DNA of 64,000 nucleotides from an uncultured Gemmatimonadales bacterium (GTDB taxonomy: Bacteria > Gemmatimonadota > Gemmatimonadetes > Gemmatimonadales > GWC2-71-9): positions 608,001 through 672,000 of the forward strand of contig CAVSLV010000001.1 in NCBI GenBank assembly GCA_963728915.1. Direction: 5' to 3'. Of the stretch, positions 57,596-64,000 are shown one piece after another (positions within the stretch are counted from its first letter, which is position 1; every line of letters begins with the position of its first letter). The notes under the pieces are model-generated. The model searched no databases and had not been told where the DNA came from. It worked only from the letters and a program-made list of their open reading frames with translations. Made by a program: the position numbers and the translations under genes.

Positions 57596-58366
57596 ATGCC
57601 AGACGGGTTCGGGCCCCAGCCCGATTGGGGGTCCGTCGTGCGCGCCGCGCTCCGGGAAGATCGGGTGCGTGAAGACGTCACCACCGGGCTGCTGGGTGCG
57701 GCAGGGACCCAGGAGGCGGAGGGGCAGTTCGTGGCCGAGGAGCGCCTGGTCCTGGCCGGGCTTCCCGGGGTCGAAATCGTCCTGCACGAGCTGGATCCCC
57801 TGGCGGAGGTGCTGCTCGGCGCGGAGCGGGTGGTCCTCAACCTGTTGCAGCATCTCTCCGGGATTGCCACCGCGACCCGGCGGCTGGTGGAGCTGGTCTC
57901 GGGAACGGCCGCCCGGATCACCCACACCCGCAAGACCCTGCCGGGACTTCGTGGCCTCGAGCTCTATGCCGTCTCGGTCGGCGGGGGCGTGCCCAACCGG
58001 GCCTCCCTGGCGGACGCGGTCCTCGGGAAGGACAACCACTGGGCCCTGCTGGGGGATCCGAGCGGGTTAGGAGAGGCCCTGAAGGCCGCCCCGGCGGGTT
58101 GCGAGGTGGTTGTCGAGGTGGAGACCGGGGCCCAGCTCGAGGTCGCGCTCGCCGCGGGAGTACGGCATCTCCTTCTGGATAATCAAACTCCGGAGCAGGT
58201 GGCCCGCTGGGTGCGGCAGGCCGGGCCGAACGTCACCATCCAGGCCTCGGGTGGGATCACCGAGTCGACCGCACGGGCCTATGCCGAGGCCGGCGCCCAC
58301 CTCCTGGCGGTCGGGCAGATCACCCACTCGGTGCGGGCCGCCGCGATCCGCTGCGACGTGCTATAG
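57596..58366 (+). CDS. nadC: Nicotinate-nucleotide diphosphorylase (quinolinate phosphoribosyltransferase) with an apparent internal deletion
   Basis: ALRED..DVTT, ERVVLNLLQHLSGIAT, TRKTLPG, KDNH, EVE, LLDN, ASGGI, THS. Confidence 0.85.
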   Translation: MPDGFGPQPDWGSVVRAALREDRVREDVTTGLLGAAGTQEAEGQFVAEERLVLAGLPGVEIVLHELDPLAEVLLGAERVVLNLLQHLSGIATATRRLVELVSGTAARITHTRKTLPGLRGLELYAVSVGGGVPNRASLADAVLGKDNHWALLGDPSGLGEALKAAPAGCEVVVEVETGAQLEVALAAGVRHLLLDNQTPEQVARWVRQAGPNVTIQASGGITESTARAYAEAGAHLLAVGQITHSVRAAAIRCDVL

Positions 58367-58373
58367 TATTGGC

Positions 58374-59438
58374 ATGCCTATCCCAATCCTGTTCCTGCTG
58401 GGGCTCGCTGCCCCTGCCTCCGGCCGGGCGGCCGCCATCCCGGCCATCGCGCCCTGCACCAGCCCGACAGCTCCCTGTGAACGCTGGATCATCTACGGCA
58501 AGGGCCCGGCCCGCTCCATGGTGTACGCATCCTTCCCGCTCGACGTCCGGAACCCGGCGATCACTCGTGCCCTCGTCATGGTGCATGGCGCGGGGAGGAA
58601 CGCCGACCACTATTTCGCCAGCTCGATGGCAGCCGCGTTCCTTGCCGGGGCACTCGACAACACCATCGTCATAGCCCCCCGGATGGCCGCCGGTCGGGAT
58701 TCGGTGAAAGCCAACGAAGTGGTGTGGCCCGAAGGAGCGAACAGCTGGCGCTCGGGAGGGGTGTCGCCCAGCAATCCGCCGCTCAGCTCCTTCGACTTCG
58801 TCGATGAAATCGTCCGTCGGCTGGCTGACAAGAAGATGTTTCCCAACCTGGCGAAGATCGTGGTGGCGGGCCATTCCGCGGGTGGCCAGTTCGCTAACCG
58901 GTATGAGATGGCCAACAAGGTTCACAACACGCCCGGCGTCGCCGTCACCTACGTGGTCGCCAACCCTTCCAGCTACGCCTGGCCAGCCGAGGTGCGCCCG
59001 CTTCCCACCGGAAATGCCGATCCGAACGGCGCCGACAAGGAAGCGCTCGGCCCCAACGGCGAAAAGATCAATTCGACGTTTTCGTTTGGTCCGTTCGATT
59101 CGGCCAAGGCGCCCAGGTACAACCGCTGGCCTTCCGGGCTCGACAGTCTCAGCGGGTATACGGCCGGGATGAGCGCCGAGCATCTTCGGAAGCAGTTGGT
59201 CGAACGTCCCACGACCTACCTGCTGGGCCAGGTGGATGTGCTGCCTCTGGGCGGATTCGATTCCTCGCCCAACGCGATGGCGCAGGGCCCCACCCGGCGG
59301 GCCCGCGGCGAGGCCTTCTTCAAGTACGTGACCGAAGTCATGGGCGCCAAACACCAGGCGATCATCGTTCCCGAGTGCGGCCACAACGACCGCTGCATCT
59401 ATACGACCGATATCGTGTTCCCGGTGATCTTCCCCTGA
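58374..59438 (+). CDS. Secreted alpha/beta hydrolase
   Basis: Signal peptide; VHGAGRNADHY, GHSAGGQ, ANPSSY, ECGHN. Confidence 0.85.
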   Translation: MPIPILFLLGLAAPASGRAAAIPAIAPCTSPTAPCERWIIYGKGPARSMVYASFPLDVRNPAITRALVMVHGAGRNADHYFASSMAAAFLAGALDNTIVIAPRMAAGRDSVKANEVVWPEGANSWRSGGVSPSNPPLSSFDFVDEIVRRLADKKMFPNLAKIVVAGHSAGGQFANRYEMANKVHNTPGVAVTYVVANPSSYAWPAEVRPLPTGNADPNGADKEALGPNGEKINSTFSFGPFDSAKAPRYNRWPSGLDSLSGYTAGMSAEHLRKQLVERPTTYLLGQVDVLPLGGFDSSPNAMAQGPTRRARGEAFFKYVTEVMGAKHQAIIVPECGHNDRCIYTTDIVFPVIFP

Positions 59439-59491
59439 GAGGGTGACGACGGGCCGGTGCTTGCGGGGCCGGGCCGGAGCGTCTTTCAGGC

Positions 59492-59620
59492 ATGAGCAAA
59501 CTGTTACGCGGTCTCGCGGCGGGTTACGGTGCGAAGAAGCTGGGTGGCGGATGCCTGGGGACGATTCTGGTGTTTTTCCTCCTCTGGTGGCTCCTGGGCC
59601 ATTTCCGGGTTTTCCAATAA
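59492..59620 (+). CDS. Small membrane protein, 42 aa
   Basis: Hand translation MSKLLRGLAAGYGAKKLGGGCLGTILVFFLLWWLLGHFRVFQ; fills the intergenic gap; one TM. Confidence 0.7.
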   Translation: MSKLLRGLAAGYGAKKLGGGCLGTILVFFLLWWLLGHFRVFQ

Positions 59621-59624
59621 CAGA

Positions 59625-60611
59625 TCAGGGTCCTCGAGCCTTGAGGCCGCGGACCGCCCCGGCAATCATCCGATTCACCGCCGCGAGTGAAAGACCTCCT
59701 TCGTCGGTGGCGGGGATGGTCGCGAACCCGATCGCTGAGGCCTTGGGGTAGCGCCGGAAAATCTGCTCGAACAACGACGCCAGCTGCTCGCTCGAGGGAC
59801 CGTTCGGCACCTTGTTCTGGTGGGCCATCACTTCGCGCGGGTCCAGCACGTCCATGTCGATGTGGATGTAGAGCTTGTCGGAAATCCGGCTGAGCCGGTC
59901 GAGCTGGGCAAACACCGCCGGACTCGCCTGGCGCAGATCATCGACGGTCACCTGCTCGATCCGGGAGTGGTCGAGCAGCTCCTGTTCCAGCGGGTCGATG
60001 AGCCGCACCCCGCCCATGACGATCCGGCGGTCGTTCAGCGGGGGGTCGAGATGGGCGTCGAGCCGAAGGATCCTGAGCGCGCGGCCCGTCGCAACCGCCA
60101 CCGGCATCCCACCGAGGGAGCCGCTTCGGGTCGTCTCCGGCGTGTTGAAGTCGGGGTGTGCATCGAGCCAGAGCATTCCGATGCGGAGCGGCTTGCCATC
60201 CGGCCCGGAATGCTCGAGTCCGGCAACCAGTCCGGGCATGGATGGACAGGTTGCAAGCAGCCCGACGGTAAACCAGCCCTCCCGCTCGTTGGCCGCAACG
60301 GTATCCGCGAAGTGTCCGAGGGCCATGCCGAGCCGTTTCCAGCCGCCATACTCGGTGTCTTCATCGCGGGTCAAGCCGATCTGCGCGACGCGTATCGTGG
60401 CCCCGAGACTCTTCAGGATCTCCTGAACCCCACCGTTGGCCATGGTGGCCGGGCCCGCCGAAGTCCCGTTGGGCAGAAACGGCTGTTCGACCAGGGCGAT
60501 TCGGAGCTTGCCATCGGGACCGGCGTAGCGCTGCGCCATCGCCCCGGTGGGGGGGACGAGAAGACCCAGGCCGAGGAGGCCAAGGCGGGGGAGATTCCGG
60601 ATCGAGAGCAT
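59625..60611 (-). CDS. Arginase/ureohydrolase-family protein with signal peptide
   Basis: WLDAHPDFNTP, SGSLGGMP, IHIDMDVLDP. Start at 60611 or 60617. Confidence 0.85.
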   Translation of the reverse strand: MLSIRNLPRLGLLGLGLLVPPTGAMAQRYAGPDGKLRIALVEQPFLPNGTSAGPATMANGGVQEILKSLGATIRVAQIGLTRDEDTEYGGWKRLGMALGHFADTVAANEREGWFTVGLLATCPSMPGLVAGLEHSGPDGKPLRIGMLWLDAHPDFNTPETTRSGSLGGMPVAVATGRALRILRLDAHLDPPLNDRRIVMGGVRLIDPLEQELLDHSRIEQVTVDDLRQASPAVFAQLDRLSRISDKLYIHIDMDVLDPREVMAHQNKVPNGPSSEQLASLFEQIFRRYPKASAIGFATIPATDEGGLSLAAVNRMIAGAVRGLKARGP

Positions 60612-60681
60612 ATCCATATACTAGCCGGTGGGATCAGGCTGGCGCGAGCGCTCCGGGGGAGTGATACTCTACCGCAATCCT

Positions 60682-61989
60682 ATGACACATCCCGATCCCT
60701 ATTCCCGGCGTCGCTTCGTCCAATTCCTCGCCGCGAGCCCGCTGCTCGCGGGGATGGGGCTTGGCTACGGAGAGCTGGCTCGTCTCGCCTTCGGAAAGAG
60801 AAAGGACCACGCCACCCTCCTTGGCATGGTCGAAGACGCCGGGGCCGGTCACCTGTCCCAGGACGTGCCGCTCATCACCAGCCCGGCCCAGGCCTTCGAC
60901 GTCTTCGACTTCGAGCCGGTGGCGAAGAAGAACCTGCCTGCGGCTCACTGGGGATACCTGGCCACCGGAACCGACGACGACGGGACCATCCAGGCAAATC
61001 GGGAAGGATTCCAGCGCTGGGCCCTGCGGGTACGGCGACTGGTGGATGTCAGCCGGATCGATACCGCCCTGCCGCTCCTGGGCAGCCGGTACGACACCCC
61101 TATCGTGGTGAATCCGGTCGGCAGCCAGCGCGCGTTCCACCCTCTGGGCGAAGTGGCGACCGCGCGGGCCGCCCGCTCCAAGAACCACGTCATGGTGCTC
61201 TCCAATGTGGCCACCACGGGGATCGAGAAGGCGATCGAGGAGCGACAGGGTCCGGTATGGTTCCAGCTCTATCATCGGCAGGACTGGAACCAGACGCTCC
61301 AGATGGTGAAGCGAGCCGAGAAGGCCGGCGCCCCCGCCGTGGTCTTCACCGTAGACCTGATCGGCGGAAGCAACCGGGAAACCATGCGGCGCTACGCGCT
61401 CACTGATAGCCGCGAGTGCATTCTCTGCCACAAGATGGGCCAGCCTCTACCGGGCGAGAGCGGGGTCGTGGACGATCGCGACAACAGCCGGAAGCCGATG
61501 CTCGCGGAGCTGGCGCCCGGGACCCCGGTGCCCGAGGTGGGCACGCCGACCTGGGAGTTCGTGCGCCGGCTCCGCGATGCGACCGGCATGAAAGTGTTCA
61601 TCAAAGGGATCGTAACCCGCGAAGACGCCGAGCTGGCGATCCAGAATGGGGCGAGCGGAATGTTCGTCTCCAACCACGGCGGCCGCGCCGAGAACTCGCT
61701 CCGCGCCACGATCAACGCGCTCCCCGACGTGGTGCAGGGGGTCCGGAAGCGGGTGCCGGTCATCTGTGACGGCGGATTCCGGCGGGGGACCGACATCTTC
61801 AAGGGCCTGGCCCTGGGGGCCACGGCGATCGGCATCGGACGGCCCTACATCTGGGGCCTCGCCTCGTTCGGCCAGGAGGGCATCGAGGCGGTCCTCGGGA
61901 TTCTCCGGAAGGAGCTGGAGATGACGATGCGGCAAGCGGGAACCACGTCCCTGGCGTCGATCACCCCCGCCTACGTCGTCCCCCGCTAG
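60682..61989 (+). CDS. FMN-dependent alpha-hydroxy-acid oxidase/dehydrogenase with Tat signal and CxxCH insert
   Basis: SRRRFVQFL; WFQLY, TVDL, KGI, SNHGGR, DGGFRRGTD, GRP; CILCH at 61417-61431. Confidence 0.92.
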   Translation: MTHPDPYSRRRFVQFLAASPLLAGMGLGYGELARLAFGKRKDHATLLGMVEDAGAGHLSQDVPLITSPAQAFDVFDFEPVAKKNLPAAHWGYLATGTDDDGTIQANREGFQRWALRVRRLVDVSRIDTALPLLGSRYDTPIVVNPVGSQRAFHPLGEVATARAARSKNHVMVLSNVATTGIEKAIEERQGPVWFQLYHRQDWNQTLQMVKRAEKAGAPAVVFTVDLIGGSNRETMRRYALTDSRECILCHKMGQPLPGESGVVDDRDNSRKPMLAELAPGTPVPEVGTPTWEFVRRLRDATGMKVFIKGIVTREDAELAIQNGASGMFVSNHGGRAENSLRATINALPDVVQGVRKRVPVICDGGFRRGTDIFKGLALGATAIGIGRPYIWGLASFGQEGIEAVLGILRKELEMTMRQAGTTSLASITPAYVVPR

Positions 61990-61997
61990 GCCACCGC

Positions 61998-62102
61998 ATG
62001 GCGGAATCCGCCTCCACACGCCGGGTCCTGTTCCGGGTTCTCCTGATCGAGGGAATCACCCTCGGGCTCCTCTGGCTCCTCCAGCAGCACTACCTCCGCT
62101 GA
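61998..62102 (+). CDS. Small single-TM protein (34 aa) upstream of the SSS transporter
   Basis: Hand translation MAESASTRRVLFRVLLIEGITLGLLWLLQQHYLR; 8 nt after the upstream stop and 6 nt before the SSS start. Confidence 0.65.
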   Translation: MAESASTRRVLFRVLLIEGITLGLLWLLQQHYLR

Positions 62103-62108
62103 TTCTCC

Positions 62109-63788
62109 ATGCACCCGCTGAACTGGGCCATCGTCGTGGCCTACCTCGTGTACGTGCTGTGGGACGGCATCCGGAGGTCCAAAGGGACTCGGGAGATCGA
62201 GGGCTACTTCCTGGCGAATCGGAACCTGCCCTGGTGGGCGGTCGGGCTCTCGGTCATGGCAACCCAGCTTTCGGCCGTGACCATGATCGGCACCACCGGT
62301 CAGGGGGCCACCGATGGCATGCGATTCGTCCAGTTCTATTTCGGTCTGCCGCTCGCCATGGTCATCGTGGGGGCCACCCTGGTCCCGCTGCTGCATCGCG
62401 CCCGGGTGTATACGGCGTACGAATACCTCGAACGCCGCTTCGATCCCAAGACGCGATCGCTCACCGCCTTTCTGTTCCTTCTCTCCCGCGGGATGTCCTG
62501 CGGCACCATCATCGCGGCGCCGGCCGTCGTGATCTCGGCGATCTTCGGCTGGAAGATCGGCTGGTCGGTGGCATTGATGGGCGTTCCGACCGTGGCTTAC
62601 ACCATGATCGGCGGGGTGCAGGCGGTGACCTGGGCGGACGTGAAGCAGATGGTGCTGATCATTGTGGCGATGGTCGCGATCGTCGTGGTCCTGCTGGTCA
62701 AACTCCCGGTGTCGCCGGATCGTGCGCTTCAGATCGCCGGCGCGACCGGAAGGCTCCGGGTTTTCGATTTCACCCCCAGCCTCACCGAGACCTACACCTT
62801 CTGGTCCGCGATGCTGGGCGGGACCTTCCTGATGATTTCCTACTTCGGAACCGATCAGAGCCAGGTCCAGCGCTATCTCACCGCCAGGTCGGTTCCGGAA
62901 GCAAAAAGCTCGCTTCTCATCAGCGCCTACTGGAAGATTCCGCTCCAGGCTCTGGTGCTTCTGCTCGGCGTGCTGGTGTTCGTCTATTACATGTTCCGGA
63001 CCCCGCCGCTTCTCTATAACCCGGCCCACGAAGCCCGGGTTCGCGCCGCGGAACCCGCGGCGTATGCCGCCCTCGAGACCCGCTACGCCGCTGCGCTGAG
63101 CGATCGTTCGGCCGCGGCCGGCGCCCTGGGCGGGTCGCACCCTGCGACCGAATCCGAAGGACTGGTGCGGTCCCTGAAGGAGAAGGAAGCAACAGTCGCC
63201 CAGGTCCGCAGCGAGGCCATCGCGCTTGCCTCGCGGGTCACCGGCACCGAGGCGAAGGATGTGAACTACGTGATTCCACGTTTCGTGCTGGACGAGCTGC
63301 CGCTGGGCCTGGCCGGACTTTTCCTGGCGGGCGTGCTGGCCGCTGCGATGTCCAGTATCGCCGCCGAGCTCAATTCACTCTCCACGGCGACCGTGATCGA
63401 TTTCTACCGGCGCTGGATCCGGCCTGAAGCGAGCGATGCCCATTTCCTGTCGGTGTCCCGAATCGCGACCGGGTTCTGGGGGCTCTTCGCCTGCATCGTG
63501 GCGACCTTCGCCGCGACGCTGGGATCGCTGATCGAAGTGGTGAACCGGTACGGGTCCTTCTTCTACGGCTCCATCCTCGGCGTGTTCCTGCTCGCAATGA
63601 TTCCGCGGGCTCGCGGCTGGGGCGCCTTCATCGGGCTCCTGGCCGGCATGGGCGCCGTGGCGGCGGTGAACTTCGGAGCCCCGTCGGTCTCCTTCCTCTG
63701 GCACAATGTGGTCGGCGTGGTGACCGTGGTAGTCGTGGGGATGCTGGTGAGCCTCGGTGTTACTGGGCAGCCGCAATCGCCCGCTTGA
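62109..63788 (+). CDS. Sodium:solute symporter (SSS) family transporter
   Basis: YFLANRNLPWW, ATQLSA, YEYLERRF, GTDQSQVQRYL, AAAMSS..ELNS. Confidence 0.93.
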   Translation: MHPLNWAIVVAYLVYVLWDGIRRSKGTREIEGYFLANRNLPWWAVGLSVMATQLSAVTMIGTTGQGATDGMRFVQFYFGLPLAMVIVGATLVPLLHRARVYTAYEYLERRFDPKTRSLTAFLFLLSRGMSCGTIIAAPAVVISAIFGWKIGWSVALMGVPTVAYTMIGGVQAVTWADVKQMVLIIVAMVAIVVVLLVKLPVSPDRALQIAGATGRLRVFDFTPSLTETYTFWSAMLGGTFLMISYFGTDQSQVQRYLTARSVPEAKSSLLISAYWKIPLQALVLLLGVLVFVYYMFRTPPLLYNPAHEARVRAAEPAAYAALETRYAAALSDRSAAAGALGGSHPATESEGLVRSLKEKEATVAQVRSEAIALASRVTGTEAKDVNYVIPRFVLDELPLGLAGLFLAGVLAAAMSSIAAELNSLSTATVIDFYRRWIRPEASDAHFLSVSRIATGFWGLFACIVATFAATLGSLIEVVNRYGSFFYGSILGVFLLAMIPRARGWGAFIGLLAGMGAVAAVNFGAPSVSFLWHNVVGVVTVVVVGMLVSLGVTGQPQSPA

Positions 63789-64000
63789 GCACGCCATCCA
63801 CCGCGTTGGACCGGATCCAGCGGACCACCACCACCATATCGTAGTCCGGAAGAACGCAGATTGCGTTGGTCCCGTTGCCGAGATGACAGAAGGTATCCTC
63901 CGGCGCACTGGGCCATGGCTTGCGACCGGTATTCAGGAAGTAGTTCATGAATCCGTAGGTCGGCTGGGGTCCGGTCGGAGTCAGCGCCCGCGCGATCCAT
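63760..64000 (-). CDS. C-terminal fragment of a serine hydrolase/beta-lactamase-family protein (5' part outside the window)
   Basis: ...WIARALTPTGPQPTYGFMNYFLN...HLGNGTNAICVLPDYDMVVVVRW; frame open to the window edge. Confidence 0.7.
   Translation of the reverse strand, partial: WIARALTPTGPQPTYGFMNYFLNTGRKPWPSAPEDTFCHLGNGTNAICVLPDYDMVVVVRWIRSNAVDGVLKRAIAAAQ

Noticed and set aside
1..64000. CRISPR arrays, tRNA/rRNA, transposases, integrases, phage or anti-phage defence genes
   Set aside because: None recognised; the repeats seen are protein-level (Asp-box, FG-GAP, TPR) or short coding microsatellites.

Overview
GC-rich bacterial DNA that is almost fully coding. The Hanks-type kinase-TPR proteins, ADOP-type permease, VPS10/BNR, DUF5916 and ASPIC/UnbV proteins suggest a Gemmatimonadota-like (or Acidobacteriota-like) organism; this is an inference. 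About 50 CDS were found. I recognised no rRNA, tRNA, CRISPR array or mobile element. The most notable locus (32.5-40.0 kb) is an apparent RiPP system. It has a stand-alone YcaO with a PxP tail, an 89-aa nitrile-hydratase-leader (NHLP) precursor, a SagB-type dehydrogenase and a CX7CX2C B12-type radical SAM methyltransferase. The precursor is strongly basic, lacks the double-Gly site and Cys, and ends in RPARPAR-MGPQFTIPL. A convergent pair encodes a signal-less S8 protease and a flavin amine oxidase. Other points of interest: a coupled 4-gene oxalate-to-glyoxylate-to-glycine operon; an UnbV/UnbU-like cassette with no PKS; a YdjC deacetylase-GT2 fusion operon; a shared ACCTGACA-N5-ATAAA site upstream of two genes flanking a two-component system; a sigma54 promoter before an orphan pilin; a Tat-signal alpha-hydroxy-acid oxidase with a CxxCH insert; several small unannotated proteins; and three single-base frameshifts that may be assembly errors. 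All calls come from reading motifs by eye; no database searches were run.
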